Positions 45,142 to 55,422 are shown, counted from the first letter of the stretch. The stretch is DNA of 64,000 bases from Candidatus Omnitrophota bacterium (GCA_018822885.1 JAHJJA010000047.1:5384-69383), one strand, 5' to 3'. Numbers and translations are program-made. Notes: a model not told the origin generated them from the letters alone.

Positions 45142-45693
45142 ATGAGTTATAGCGTGGCAATTAATAAGGCCTGGGAGGAGTTTGTAAAGTTAAATCCCCC
45201 AAAGGAACTGGCTGTAAAATTCCTTGCCGATGAATATTCTGTTAATATTATAGGTAAGCAGGTGCTTTCACTTTCCTGCAATGTCCCGGCCAAGGAGTAT
45301 GTAGCGATAATTATTTTGCATTTTTTGGCTAAAAAACTAAAGGGCTTGCCTGCTTTGACAGGCGAGTGGTTGCCCTTTCGTGAATTCTCCGGGATTGAGG
45401 GCTATTTTGATGCCTTTAAGAAACGCTCTATTGAGCCGATCCTAAGAAAATACGGTAAAAATCCTGAGGCGATCTTAGCCGGCCTTGATAAGCTGCCTGT
45501 GAAAAAAGCTGAAGGCGGCGATGTAGGGATTGTCGTGCAGGCATTTGAACAGGTGCCGGTTTTAGTCAAGCTCTGGAAGGCGGATGAGGAATTTGGCCCA
45601 GACGCTAACATTTATTTTGATAGAAGCGTTACGTCCATATTTTGCACCGAAGATATCGTTGTCCTGGCAGGTATAGTCGCAAGTCAATTATAG
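45142..45693 (+). CDS. DUF3786-like protein
   Basis: GEWLPFREF, LWKADEEF, FCTEDIVVLA. Confidence 0.75.
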   Translation: MSYSVAINKAWEEFVKLNPPKELAVKFLADEYSVNIIGKQVLSLSCNVPAKEYVAIIILHFLAKKLKGLPALTGEWLPFREFSGIEGYFDAFKKRSIEPILRKYGKNPEAILAGLDKLPVKKAEGGDVGIVVQAFEQVPVLVKLWKADEEFGPDANIYFDRSVTSIFCTEDIVVLAGIVASQL

Positions 45694-45703
45694 GAGGGTT
45701 AAA

Positions 45704-46273
45704 ATGAGAAAGCTGTATTTGTTTCTGTCTTTATTTTGTTTCTTGATGATTTCGCTGGTTTCCCTGCACGCAATTGATACAGATAACCAGGGTAAGGCCT
45801 CGGAAGATTTTAAGTTCAGTATCCCCTTTGGCAGAAGCTATGATTACTCCGATATTTTGGTGAAGAGGGCTGTTGACGGGGATACGCTGGTGTTAGCAAA
45901 TGGAGAGAGGGTGCGTTTGATCGGTATTGATACTCCGGAGATGCATGAGTCCAGTAAACTTAACCGAGATGCTAGTCGCTCTAATCAGGATGTCGAATCA
46001 ATTAAGGCGATGGGAAGAGAGTCATATGAATTTACAAAGGGCCTGGTGGAAGGCAAGCGCGTGAGTTTAGAGTTTGATGTTGAGCGCAAGGATAGGTATG
46101 ATAGGCTGCTCGCTTATGTTTATTTGAAAGACAGCGGGTTATTCGTGAATGCGGAGATAGTCAAGCAGGGCTACGCTTCTTTGATGACAATCCCCCCGAA
46201 TGTCAAATACGCGGATCTATTTAAGGAATTATATACAGAGGCTAGGGAGAATAACCGAGGTCTTTGGAAATAG
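45704..46273 (+). CDS. Thermonuclease (SNase-like)
   Basis: VDGDT, VRLIGIDTPE, DRYDRLLAYV, NRGLW; signal peptide. Confidence 0.92.
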   Translation: MRKLYLFLSLFCFLMISLVSLHAIDTDNQGKASEDFKFSIPFGRSYDYSDILVKRAVDGDTLVLANGERVRLIGIDTPEMHESSKLNRDASRSNQDVESIKAMGRESYEFTKGLVEGKRVSLEFDVERKDRYDRLLAYVYLKDSGLFVNAEIVKQGYASLMTIPPNVKYADLFKELYTEARENNRGLWK

Positions 46274-46274
46274 C

Positions 46275-46601
46275 ATGAGTGATTTGTGGTATTGGAATAA
46301 AGAGCGCTTTATTTCCCTGATTATTGTTTGTGCATATTTAGTTATAGCGCTATTTTTTATTAAGTTTTCATTAATAGCTACTTGGATAAGTATTTTACTT
46401 TATTTAGGGCTTGCACTTTTATGCATATGGTTTCCTGAGGGGATGGGTAGTTTAGAGTATCCCAGTGGACCGGAATGGGTAAGACAGGGATTGTCTAGGT
46501 GTTTAAGGCCAACCCCATGCTTTTTTGTAAGAATCGGAGGCTGGGTTTTGTTGCTGTTACCCATTGTTATGGGGGTAGTAAATTTCTTAACAAATATATA
46601 G
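46275..46601 (+). CDS. Hypothetical membrane protein
   Basis: Three hydrophobic segments; start moved to MSDLW after the nuclease stop. Confidence 0.6.
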   Translation: MSDLWYWNKERFISLIIVCAYLVIALFFIKFSLIATWISILLYLGLALLCIWFPEGMGSLEYPSGPEWVRQGLSRCLRPTPCFFVRIGGWVLLLLPIVMGVVNFLTNI

Positions 46602-46615
46602 AGTGGAGGTTTATT

Positions 46616-47656
46616 ATGTTGCGTTATTTAACTGCAGGTGAATCGCACGGAAAGGCGTTGGTCGCTATCTTAGAAGGGATGCCGGCCGGATTAAAATTGG
46701 ATGTGCGTAAGATAAATTACGAGTTAAAGCGCAGGCAGTCTGGTTTTGGCCGCGGCGCGCGCATGCAAATTGAGAAGGATACTGTACAGATAGTTTCCGG
46801 AATGAGAAAAGGTGTGAGTCTGGGGAGTCCGATTGCGCTTTTGATTGAAAATAAAGATTGCAGTATTGAAAGTAAGCCGAGTGTGTTGAGTCCTCGCCCG
46901 GGCCACGCAGATTTATCAGGCATATTAAAATACGGATTTAAGGATGCGCGGGATGTTTTAGAGCGCGCTTCGGCAAGAGAGACAGCTTCGCGCGTCGCAG
47001 TGGGCGCGGTTTGTAAATTATTTTTGGATGAGTTTGATATTGATATATCAAGTAAGGTCTTAATGATTGGCGGGGAATGTTCCCCTCAATCCATGATGAA
47101 GAAGATCATGGGGGCAAAAGAAAATAAGGATACCGTGGGAGGTATTTTTGAGGTATTAGCTGAAGGTGTACCTGCCGGGCTCGGCAGCTATGTCCAGGCT
47201 GACAGGCGGTTGGATGCACGTTTGGCGAAAAGCATAATTTCGATTCCGGGTATTAAGGCAATTGGTTTTGGACTTGGGTTTGGATATGCCTACAGATTTG
47301 GTTCGCAAAGCCACGATGCGATTTATTATGCAAAAGACAAAGGGTATTTTCGTAAGACTAATAACGCAGGCGGAATAGAGGGGGGAGTTTCTAACGGAGA
47401 GGATATAATAATCCATGCCTCTATGAAGCCGATCTGCACATTAATGAAGCCGCTAGATTCAGTAAGCATCAATTCAAAGAAGAAATCCAAGGCAAGCACT
47501 GAGCGCTCTGATATCTGTGTGGTTGAGGCCGCAGGTGTTGTGGGAGAGAATGCCTGCGCTTTTGTTTTGGCGGACGCGATTTTGGAGAAATTCGGCTCAG
47601 ATAATCTCATTGATATTAAGAAGTCATTTCAGCAATACGTAAAAAGAATTAAGTAA
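46616..47656 (+). CDS. aroC: Chorismate synthase
   Basis: LTAGESHG, PRPGHAD, ERASARETA, NNAGGIEGG, ERSD; GGAGG RBS before ATG 46616. Confidence 0.96.
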   Translation: MLRYLTAGESHGKALVAILEGMPAGLKLDVRKINYELKRRQSGFGRGARMQIEKDTVQIVSGMRKGVSLGSPIALLIENKDCSIESKPSVLSPRPGHADLSGILKYGFKDARDVLERASARETASRVAVGAVCKLFLDEFDIDISSKVLMIGGECSPQSMMKKIMGAKENKDTVGGIFEVLAEGVPAGLGSYVQADRRLDARLAKSIISIPGIKAIGFGLGFGYAYRFGSQSHDAIYYAKDKGYFRKTNNAGGIEGGVSNGEDIIIHASMKPICTLMKPLDSVSINSKKKSKASTERSDICVVEAAGVVGENACAFVLADAILEKFGSDNLIDIKKSFQQYVKRIK

Positions 47657-47673
47657 GTCAGGAGGGTTTTAAA

Positions 47674-47961
47674 ATGTCAATGCTTGATTTCTATAATATC
47701 ACTTTTGAAAAAGCGGATAATTCAAAGCAGATGGTGATTAAAGGAGAAGTAAAAAATAACTCCGGAAGAAATTATAATGCCGTTGCGATCAGGGTGGTCC
47801 TGTTTAACAAAAATATTCCTGTTGTAAGTACTGTCGTTGTGGTAAATGGAGTACCTAATGGTTCGACCAAAAGTTTTGAGAAGTTCGTCGAGGAAATCGA
47901 ATATGAAGAGGTAGCTAAGTCAATAAACAGGCAGGAAGCTTATATTGAGAGCGCCTATTAA
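47674..47961 (+). CDS. Small Ig-like protein (FxLYD-type)
   Basis: IKGEVKNNSGRNY...VVLFN pattern. Confidence 0.55.
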   Translation: MSMLDFYNITFEKADNSKQMVIKGEVKNNSGRNYNAVAIRVVLFNKNIPVVSTVVVVNGVPNGSTKSFEKFVEEIEYEEVAKSINRQEAYIESAY

Positions 47962-48034
47962 TCGCCTTTTTAGAAAATATTTGTGTTAGAAAATCACCTC
48001 CTTTACGTCAATTAATATTAGAGGAGGTGATTTT

Positions 48035-48292
48035 ATGGATAACGGTTTAGAAGTAAAGGTAGTGCGGCTGCATCGCTTTGAAGGTGATTCGAAACTGAAG
48101 GCCTTTGTGGATATCGCGATAGGCGATTTCGTGATCAAGGGTTTTCGGATTGTCGAGGGCAAGAATGGCCTGTTTTTAGGCCTGCCGCGGGAAAAGGCAA
48201 AGGATGGAAAGTATTACGGCGCCTTTTTCCCAGTGACTGACGAAGCGCGCAAAAGTTTAAGCGATGTGGTTTTAGCGGCGTATCAGGAGTAA
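48035..48292 (+). CDS. spoVG: SpoVG family protein (second paralogue, no zinc ribbon)
   Basis: LKAFVDI, IKGFRIVEGKNGLFLGLP, GKYY. Confidence 0.85.
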   Translation: MDNGLEVKVVRLHRFEGDSKLKAFVDIAIGDFVIKGFRIVEGKNGLFLGLPREKAKDGKYYGAFFPVTDEARKSLSDVVLAAYQE

Positions 48293-48299
48293 AACACGG

Positions 48300-48374
48300 A
48301 GGGACGTTTTCGAATCCAAAGCTAAGAGTGTCCCCGGTGGGGACACTCTCCCGATTGGGTTTGAAAGCGTCCCT
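48300..48374. repeat. Nested palindromes
   Basis: Outer AGGGACGTTTTCGAATCCAA...TTGGGTTTGAAAGCGTCCCT; inner AGAGTGTCCCC-GGT-GGGGACACTCT (48325-48349). Confidence 0.75.
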
Positions 48375-48398
48375 GCTAAACTGCTAAAAGAGAGCAAC

Positions 48399-48896
48399 AT
48401 GGCTAATATTTATTTAGTGGGATTTATGGGTACGGGTAAAAGCGCGGTAGGCCAGGAGCTGGCTAAAAAGAAGAAGTGGAAGTTTGTGGATTTAGACCAG
48501 TTGATCGAGTTTAAAGAAAAAATGCTTATTGCGGATATCTTTGTCAATAAAGGAGAGCCGTATTTTCGTAGGTCAGAAAAGAAAACCCTTAAAGAAGTAG
48601 CGCGTGAGAAAAAATTCGTCGTTGCCTGCGGCGGCGGTATTGTTATGGATGAAGAGAATATCAAGCTGATGAAAGAAAGCGGTTCAATAGTCTGCCTTTG
48701 CGCTTCTCCTGAATCGATACTCAAAAGGACATCCGGGTATTCCCATCGTCCGCTGTTGAATGTCAAGGACCCTAAAAAGCAGATTGAATTTTTACTCAAA
48801 ATGCGCGCACCTTTTTATGCCAAGGCTGACAAGACAATCGATACCTCAAAACTTTGCGTAAAAGAGGTGGTTTCCAGGATCTTAAAATTAGTTTAA
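48399..48896 (+). CDS. aroK: Shikimate kinase
   Basis: GFMGTGKS, GEPYFR, ACGGG, RPLL. Confidence 0.95.
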   Translation: MANIYLVGFMGTGKSAVGQELAKKKKWKFVDLDQLIEFKEKMLIADIFVNKGEPYFRRSEKKTLKEVAREKKFVVACGGGIVMDEENIKLMKESGSIVCLCASPESILKRTSGYSHRPLLNVKDPKKQIEFLLKMRAPFYAKADKTIDTSKLCVKEVVSRILKLV

Positions 48897-49789
48897 TGTT
48901 AAAGAAAACCTCCATCATTTTCCTGTTGGTTTTTTTCTCTCAAGGTATCGCTTTAACTAAACAGCCAAGCCGAAAAGAAATAGCATCTTTTACTAAATCT
49001 ACCCTTAAAGAGAGGAACGAAGAGGCAGCAAGGAAATATTTTGACCTCGCAAACGATCTTTCTAATAAACAAGATAGTGAGCAGGCGATCTTCAATCTTA
49101 GCGAAGCTATCAGACTCAATCCTCAATATGCAGAAGCTTACAATAACCGCGGTTTGCTTTATTCAGCCAAGGGAGAATTCGAAAAAGCAATTTCAGATTT
49201 TAACCGGGCAATAGAGTTAAAGTCAGATTACGCCATTGCCTATGATAACAGGGGGTTTGTTTATGCTTCAAAAGCTGACCCTACGCGCGCGATCTCAGAT
49301 TTTACCAGGGCAGCTCAGATAAACCCGAAGTTCTCGGAAGCATACAATAATAGGGGCTGCGCTTATCTCAATATTAATGATTGCGACATGGCGATAAAGG
49401 ATTTTGATAAAGCTATAGATATCGAACCTAAATACTCTTCTGCTTACTATAATCGCGGGCTAGCCTTTGCCATTAAGAATGATTTAGACAAAGCGATCGC
49501 TGACTTTACAAAATCTATAGAATTCAACCCTCTTACCGCAACCTTTGTAAACAGGGGCACAGCCTACAGCCATAAAGGGGATCTTGATAAAGCCATTAAT
49601 GATTTTAGCAAGGCATTAGAGCTTGAGCCTGCCTCGGCAGAGGTGCTTTATAATCGCGCCATTGTTTATTGTGATAAAAGAGATTATGATCTAGCTTGGA
49701 ATGATCTGCATAAGGCGGCCGCATTAGGTTGTAAAATCGACCCCGCGTTCTTAGAACAGTTAAAGAGGGAGTCCGGGAGAGAGGGATGA
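48896..49789 (+). CDS. Exported TPR protein
   Basis: Repeated AYNNRG/AISDF TPR units, signal peptide. Confidence 0.88.
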   Translation: MLKKTSIIFLLVFFSQGIALTKQPSRKEIASFTKSTLKERNEEAARKYFDLANDLSNKQDSEQAIFNLSEAIRLNPQYAEAYNNRGLLYSAKGEFEKAISDFNRAIELKSDYAIAYDNRGFVYASKADPTRAISDFTRAAQINPKFSEAYNNRGCAYLNINDCDMAIKDFDKAIDIEPKYSSAYYNRGLAFAIKNDLDKAIADFTKSIEFNPLTATFVNRGTAYSHKGDLDKAINDFSKALELEPASAEVLYNRAIVYCDKRDYDLAWNDLHKAAALGCKIDPAFLEQLKRESGREG

Positions 49790-50901
49790 CAGATTTAGAG
49801 GCATTGGTCAGCTTAAACCTGGTTCAGGATCTCGGCACGATACGCCTTAAAAAACTGCTTGAGATCTTTGGAAAACCGCAAAATATCCTGAGAGCTTCTT
49901 CGCAAGATTTGATGCGCGCCTCCGGCATAGGGCAAAAAATATCCTTGAATATCCGGTCTTTTAAAAAAGAAGACCTGGAGCGTGAACTTGCCTTGTCAAA
50001 TAAGCTAGGGCTTAAGATTGTCACCTTTGAGGATCAGGATTACCCCGAGATTCTAAAACAGATCTCCGATCCTCCGATTGTGCTTTATATAAAAGGCAGT
50101 ATCATCAAAGAAGATAAACTTAGTATTGGTATTGTCGGTTCGCGTCGTGCTTCTTTGTATGGCCTGAATAACGCTGAGACTTTTGCAGCGGATTTATCGG
50201 AAAAGGGATTTACTGTGATTTCCGGGATGGCCCGCGGAATAGATACATCTGCGCATCGCGGAGCTATCAGGGCGGGCGGACGTACGATTGCAGTTATAGG
50301 CAGCGGTTTTAATCGGTTGTATCCTCCTGAAAATAAGGAGTTAGCCGAAGAGATCGCTAATTGTGGGGCTGTTGTTTCGGAGTTTCCGGTTGATATGGAG
50401 CCCTTTAAGCAGAATTTTCCCCGCAGGAACCGCCTGATCAGCGGTTTGAGCCTTGGGGTGTTAGTGGTCGAGGCGGCGCGCAACAGCGGCGCGCTTATTA
50501 CTGCCGATTTTGCGTTAGAGCAAGGAAGGGACGTTTTTGCTATCCCTGGGAAGATTGATTCTTCCAGCTCTTTCGGCACAAATGAGCTGATTAAGCAAGG
50601 AGCGAAGCTGGTTTGTTGCGCTGAAGATATTTTGGAGGAGTTTGATTCTGCCGGATTTGACGCAAGGGATAAAAGAGGAAAGAAAAAATTAGATAAGGAT
50701 CCTGATAACGCTTTGTCGGACTCCGAAGAGAGGCGCATTTTTAGTTTTATTACCGAAGATTCTATTCAGCTCGATGATCTAGTCAGAAAATCAAGCCTGG
50801 ACGTTTCCAGATTATCTGGTATACTTTTGAAGTTGCAGCTTAGGGATTTGATCAGGCAGTTGCCGGGAAAACAATTTGTAAGGAGAGTCAATGAAAGATA
50901 A
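49786..50901 (+). CDS. dprA: DNA-processing protein DprA
   Basis: IVGSR, ISGMARGID, FPRRNRLISGLS, SGALITA. Confidence 0.95.
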   Translation: MTDLEALVSLNLVQDLGTIRLKKLLEIFGKPQNILRASSQDLMRASGIGQKISLNIRSFKKEDLERELALSNKLGLKIVTFEDQDYPEILKQISDPPIVLYIKGSIIKEDKLSIGIVGSRRASLYGLNNAETFAADLSEKGFTVISGMARGIDTSAHRGAIRAGGRTIAVIGSGFNRLYPPENKELAEEIANCGAVVSEFPVDMEPFKQNFPRRNRLISGLSLGVLVVEAARNSGALITADFALEQGRDVFAIPGKIDSSSSFGTNELIKQGAKLVCCAEDILEEFDSAGFDARDKRGKKKLDKDPDNALSDSEERRIFSFITEDSIQLDDLVRKSSLDVSRLSGILLKLQLRDLIRQLPGKQFVRRVNER

Positions 50902-52849
50902 AAGTTTGGTAATAGTTGAGTCACCGACAAAGGCAAAGACGATCAGCAAGATATTGGGAAGCGAATTTACTGTGGTTTCTTCTATGGGGCATTTGATAGA
51001 CCTCCCGCAAAAAAAACTGGGAGTGGATATTGAGAAGGATTTTGATCCGGATTACGTGATCATCCCCGGAAGGCAGAAGATCCTGGCTGCGATAAAAAAA
51101 GAGGCCAAGGGCAAAAGCGCGATTTACATCGCAACCGACCCTGACCGCGAAGGTGAGGCGATTGGCTGGCAGATAAAGGAACGTTTGCTCAAAGGCAAGA
51201 ATGTCTTGCGTGTTACATTCCACGAGATCACTCCCGCGGCTGTGAGCGTTGCTTTTAAGAATGCGCGTGATTTTGATAAGAATATGGTCGAGGCCCAGAC
51301 AAGCAGGCGTGTCCTGGATAGGATCGTGGGTTATTTCTTAAGCCCATTACTATGGAAGAAGATCGTGCGCGGCTTAAGCGCCGGCAGGGTGCAATCAGTA
51401 GCCCTTAGGTTGGTAATTGATAGAGAGAGGGAGATCCAGAAATTCGTGCCTAAGGAGTACTGGGAGATCGAGGCGGAACTTAAGAAATCCGCAAGTCAGT
51501 TCACGGCAAAATTAGATAAAATTGAGGAAGTAAAAGCTGAGATAAAGAATAAGGAGCAGGCCGAGAAGATAGTAGCTGATTTAAATGGAAGGCAGTTTAA
51601 GGTTTCTCAGGTTAAGGAGTCTGAGAAGAAGCGTTACTCCGACGCCCCTTTTATCACCAGTACTTTACAGCAGGAGGCATTCAATAAGTTGCGATATAAT
51701 GCCAATAAGACTATGATCGTGGCACAGCAGCTTTATGAAGGCATTGATATTGGCGAAGAGGCCCCGGCCGGGCTTATTACATACATGCGTACGGATTCTC
51801 CGCGCGTGGCTCCAGAGGCGATACAAGAAGTAAGAAGCTGTATTGCCAAGAATTTCGGTAAAGATTACCTGCCTGCTGAACCGAATGTCTTCAAGGTGAA
51901 GAAGCAGGCCCAGGAGGCCCACGAGGCCATAAGGCCGACGCTTATTTCTCGTCCTCCGGAGAGCCTTGAGAAGTTTTTGACTCCGGAGCAGTATAAATTA
52001 TACGAGCTTATTTATAAGCGTTTTCTGGCAAGCCAGATGTCTCCTGCCCGCTATAAAGCCGTATCCGTCACCATCAATGCGGATAAATATCAATTTGGCG
52101 CTTCAGGAAGCACATTGATCTTCGATGGATTCACAGCTGTTTATAGTAAGGGTGAAGATGATAAGGAAAAAAATAAAATCCCAGCAATGAAGAAGGATGA
52201 GGTTTTAGAGCTGTTGAAGTTGCTACCGTCGCAACATTTCACCAAGCCTCCGGCAAGATTCTCTGATAGCTCTCTGGTAAAGGCGCTGGAGGAGGAGGGT
52301 ATCGGTAGGCCATCAACATACGCCCCGATCATCCAGACTTTGATTTTACGCGATTACATACGAAGGCTTAAAGGGTATTTAAATCCTACGGAATTAGGGT
52401 TTAAAGTCTGCGACATGCTGGTTGAATATTTTCCCAAGATCATGGACGTAAAATTCACTGCCGCCATGGAAGAGGAACTTGATGAAGTAGAAGAGGGCAG
52501 GCTCAAAAGAAAAAAGGTTTTGGAAGATTTTTACGCCCCTTTTAAGGTGAACCTTGATTTTGCCCAGGCTAATATCAAGAAGGAAGTCATTACTTCTAAT
52601 GAGGTTTGCGAGCTTTGCGGTAAACCTATGATCGTCAAATGGGGCAGGCGCGGCAAGTTTTTGAGCTGTTCAGGTTTTCCCGCGTGTAAAAGCTCCAAAT
52701 CCATCACTAGCGGCGTCAAGTGTCCGCAGGAGGGCTGCGGCGGGGAATTGATCGAGCGCCGCTCCAGCCGCGGATTCTTTTATGGTTGCTCCAATTTTCC
52801 TAAGTGTACATTTACTTCCCGGACACTACCGGAAGATAAAGAGGAGTAA
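50891..52849 (+). CDS. topA: DNA topoisomerase I
   Basis: LVIVESPTKAKTI, ATDPDREGE, SAGRVQS, ITYMRTDS, C-terminal zinc ribbons. Confidence 0.97.
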   Translation: MKDKSLVIVESPTKAKTISKILGSEFTVVSSMGHLIDLPQKKLGVDIEKDFDPDYVIIPGRQKILAAIKKEAKGKSAIYIATDPDREGEAIGWQIKERLLKGKNVLRVTFHEITPAAVSVAFKNARDFDKNMVEAQTSRRVLDRIVGYFLSPLLWKKIVRGLSAGRVQSVALRLVIDREREIQKFVPKEYWEIEAELKKSASQFTAKLDKIEEVKAEIKNKEQAEKIVADLNGRQFKVSQVKESEKKRYSDAPFITSTLQQEAFNKLRYNANKTMIVAQQLYEGIDIGEEAPAGLITYMRTDSPRVAPEAIQEVRSCIAKNFGKDYLPAEPNVFKVKKQAQEAHEAIRPTLISRPPESLEKFLTPEQYKLYELIYKRFLASQMSPARYKAVSVTINADKYQFGASGSTLIFDGFTAVYSKGEDDKEKNKIPAMKKDEVLELLKLLPSQHFTKPPARFSDSSLVKALEEEGIGRPSTYAPIIQTLILRDYIRRLKGYLNPTELGFKVCDMLVEYFPKIMDVKFTAAMEEELDEVEEGRLKRKKVLEDFYAPFKVNLDFAQANIKKEVITSNEVCELCGKPMIVKWGRRGKFLSCSGFPACKSSKSITSGVKCPQEGCGGELIERRSSRGFFYGCSNFPKCTFTSRTLPEDKEE

Positions 52850-53718
52850 TGCAGCGCCATATCGAGAAGTTTATACGTTATCTTGAGATCGAGAAGAATT
52901 ATTCCCCTCATACTATTCTGAATTATAAACTTGATCTGGAAGATTTTAGCAAATTCCTCGCAGATACAGAGGTCGAGAAAGTAGATTATCTGACTCTAAG
53001 GAAGTATCTGGCCGCATTAAAAGAAAAGACCCTCGGCAACCGCAGTATCGGCCGCAGGCTTTCTGCCTTGCGCAGTTTTTTCAAGTTTCTTACCCGTGAA
53101 GGACTTTTAAAAACAAATCCGATCTTGATCCTTTCCAGCCCGAAACTGGATAAGCACCTGCCAAGTTTTATGACAGAGGATGAAACGGGCTCGCTTATTG
53201 AGTCTGCGCATGCCTTGGATGAGGATGATGAGCGCGGGTTGAGGGATAGGGCAATCCTTGAGACTTTTTATTCCGCAGGCCTTAGAATCTCTGAGTTGGT
53301 CGGTCTAGACGCGGATGATATTGATTTTATAGGCTGTATTTTAAAGGTAAGGGGAAAGGGTAAAAAGGAGCGCATCGTGCCGATAGGCGATACCGCGCTT
53401 GTTGCGATACGCAAATATTTGGATAAGAGAAAGAAGAAATCAGAGGCGGTATTTTTGAATAAAAACGGCCGCCGCATCACTACCCGCGGCGTGCGCGGGA
53501 TCGTTGAAAAGTACCTGAAATTAGCGGGTATAAAACACGGTGTTTCTCCGCATACCCTAAGGCATTCCTTTGCGACGCATTTATTAAACCGCGGGGCGGA
53601 TCTTAGGACAGTGCAGGAACTTTTAGGCCATGCGAATTTATCGACTACGCAGATCTATACGCATTTAACCACAGAAAGATTGAAGAATATCTACGACAAG
53701 GCGCACCCGAGGGCTTAA
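52849..53718 (+). CDS. xerC: Tyrosine recombinase XerC
   Basis: GLRISEL, GKGKKER, HTLRHSFATH, LLGHANLSTTQIYT; dprA-topA-xerC context. Confidence 0.9.
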   Translation: MQRHIEKFIRYLEIEKNYSPHTILNYKLDLEDFSKFLADTEVEKVDYLTLRKYLAALKEKTLGNRSIGRRLSALRSFFKFLTREGLLKTNPILILSSPKLDKHLPSFMTEDETGSLIESAHALDEDDERGLRDRAILETFYSAGLRISELVGLDADDIDFIGCILKVRGKGKKERIVPIGDTALVAIRKYLDKRKKKSEAVFLNKNGRRITTRGVRGIVEKYLKLAGIKHGVSPHTLRHSFATHLLNRGADLRTVQELLGHANLSTTQIYTHLTTERLKNIYDKAHPRA

Positions 53719-53720
53719 TT

Positions 53721-55013
53721 ATGTTTATATTCTACGATTTAATATTTTTATTGGTTGCAATTATCCTTTTACCTAAGTATTTATTGAAAAGGAAATTCCG
53801 CAGCGCTTTTCTTTCGCGGCTTGGGCAGCTGCCTGAAGGATTGTCATTAGATAGGCCGATATGGATCCATGCGGTAAGCGTTGGGGAAGTGATGGCGGTG
53901 CGGGGGCTTATCGATGAACTTAGAAAGGCTTACCCTCAAAAGAAATTTGTGATTTCCACGGTGACTGCGACCGGCAATAAGATCGCAAACAGCCTTGCAA
54001 AGCCGGGTGACCTTGTGACTTATCTGCCTCTTGATTTAAGTTTTATCGTAAAAGGCCTGATCAATAAGATAGATCCGATTGCCTTTGTGGTAGTTGAGAC
54101 GGAGATCTGGCCAAATCTGTTCAGCTGTCTATATAAAAAAGGAATCCCGGTAGTAACTGTAAACGGGAGGATCTCCGATTCCTCCTTTAGGGGCTATTCC
54201 AGGATAAAATTTTTGCTTAAGCCTATTTTAAACAGGGTGAGCGTTTTTTGCGTACAAACAACAGCTGATGCCCAAAGGCTTAAGAGTTTAGGGGTAGCTG
54301 AAGATAAGATCCGCGTTACAGGAAACGTAAAATTTGATATACGGCCTTATTCCGGGGTCGATTCTTCAAGCGTAAGAAAAAGACTGGGGATTACCGTTGG
54401 ATATAAACTTTTGGTTGCAGGAAGCACACATCAGGGGGAAGAGGAAATAATCTTAGCTGTTTACAAGCAGCTGTTAAAGGTGCATCCGGATCTAAGGCTT
54501 TTACTTGCGCCTCGCCATCCGGAACGCGCGCAGGAGGTGGGGAGGCTGGTTCTATCTTGTGGTTTTGAGCCGGTTTTTATCTCTAAATTATCCCAGTTGC
54601 CTAACACTTATCGTTTGCCTCCTGTATTTATTCTTGATACTATCGGCCAATTAATGGATTATTATGCTGCCGCTGATATTGTTTTTGTGGGGGGCAGCCT
54701 TATTGAGAAAGGCGGGCATAATATTCTTGAGCCGGCCAGCCTTAATAAACCGATTCTCTTTGGGCCGCATATGTTCAACTTCCGTGAGATCACAGAGCTG
54801 TTTCTTGAGAATAAATCCGCTGTTATGGTGCGTAATGGCCAGGAGTTAAGTGGTCAATTAGAGGTTTTGTTGGTGGATCCTTTTAAGCGGGAGGATCTTG
54901 GCAGCCGTTCAAGCCGGCTTTTGCGCCAAAATCAGGGCGCAACCAAACGTAACCTGGAGTTTATAAAAAGCGCATTAACCATAAATCAAGATATAAAGGG
55001 CAAAAAAGGATAA
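53721..55013 (+). CDS. waaA: Kdo transferase
   Basis: WIHAVSVGE, ETEIWPN, AGSTH, APRHPER, GGHNILEPA. Confidence 0.95.
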   Translation: MFIFYDLIFLLVAIILLPKYLLKRKFRSAFLSRLGQLPEGLSLDRPIWIHAVSVGEVMAVRGLIDELRKAYPQKKFVISTVTATGNKIANSLAKPGDLVTYLPLDLSFIVKGLINKIDPIAFVVVETEIWPNLFSCLYKKGIPVVTVNGRISDSSFRGYSRIKFLLKPILNRVSVFCVQTTADAQRLKSLGVAEDKIRVTGNVKFDIRPYSGVDSSSVRKRLGITVGYKLLVAGSTHQGEEEIILAVYKQLLKVHPDLRLLLAPRHPERAQEVGRLVLSCGFEPVFISKLSQLPNTYRLPPVFILDTIGQLMDYYAAADIVFVGGSLIEKGGHNILEPASLNKPILFGPHMFNFREITELFLENKSAVMVRNGQELSGQLEVLLVDPFKREDLGSRSSRLLRQNQGATKRNLEFIKSALTINQDIKGKKG

Positions 55014-55019
55014 TTCCGG

Positions 55020-55047
55020 TTGACAAAAAGGAAATTAGTGTTATACT
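55020..55047 (+). promoter_or_regulatory. sigma70-type promoter of csp
   Basis: TTGACA-N16-TATACT with TG extension. Confidence 0.65.
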
Positions 55048-55079
55048 TAAATCCGTAGTAAATGAAGATTAGAAATCTT

Positions 55080-55118
55080 GGACCGAAAGGTAAAGAACAC
55101 TATCTTTCGGTTTTTTTG
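55080..55118 (+). promoter_or_regulatory. Terminator-like hairpin in the csp 5' leader (putative attenuator)
   Basis: GG-ACCGAAAGGT-AAAGAACACT-ATCTTTCGGT-TTTTTTG between promoter and start codon. Confidence 0.65.
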
Positions 55119-55133
55119 TGTATGTCATTGTTT

Positions 55134-55187
55134 ACCCCGTTAGAAAAACTAGTGTGCGGTAAAGGTGATAAAGGTTTCTAACGGGAT
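55134..55187. repeat. Palindromic element CCCGTTAGAAA...TTTCTAACGGG in the csp leader
   Basis: 11-bp perfect arms with CCCG/CGGG termini. Confidence 0.7.
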
Positions 55188-55221
55188 TTACTATAATTTT
55201 AGTGAGAGGAGGTAGTAAACA

Positions 55222-55422
55222 ATGGCAAGAGGCAAAGTAAAGTGGTTCTCTAATCAGAAAGGTTATGGTTTTATCACACCTGAATCCGGTAGCGATGTAT
55301 TTGTTCATCACAGCGCTATACAGGGTGAAGGTTATAAAACCTTGACTGATGGGCAGGAAGTAGAGTTTGATATTGAGAAAGGCCCAAAGGGAGATCAGGC
55401 AGTTAACGTGGTTAAGCTTTAA
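55222..55422 (+). CDS. cspA: Cold-shock protein
   Basis: [22 protein letters not shown]. Confidence 0.95.
   Translation: MARGKVKWFSNQKGYGFITPESGSDVFVHHSAIQGEGYKTLTDGQEVEFDIEKGPKGDQAVNVVKL

Noticed and set aside
41029-46601. Genomic island integrated at tRNA-Arg
   Set aside because: It has several small unknown genes, but no integrase and no duplicated tRNA 3' end that I could find.
48896-49789. Nucleotide periodicity suggesting a repeat array
   Set aside because: Explained by 34-residue TPR protein repeats.
50085-50738. 217-aa minus-strand ORF and other long antisense ORFs in the track
   Set aside because: They fully overlap well-supported housekeeping genes and show no recognisable motifs.
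52849-53718. Phage or island integrase that could explain the tRNA duplications
   Set aside because: It lies in the conserved dprA-topA-xerC housekeeping context with no att sites or cargo; it is best read as chromosomal XerC.
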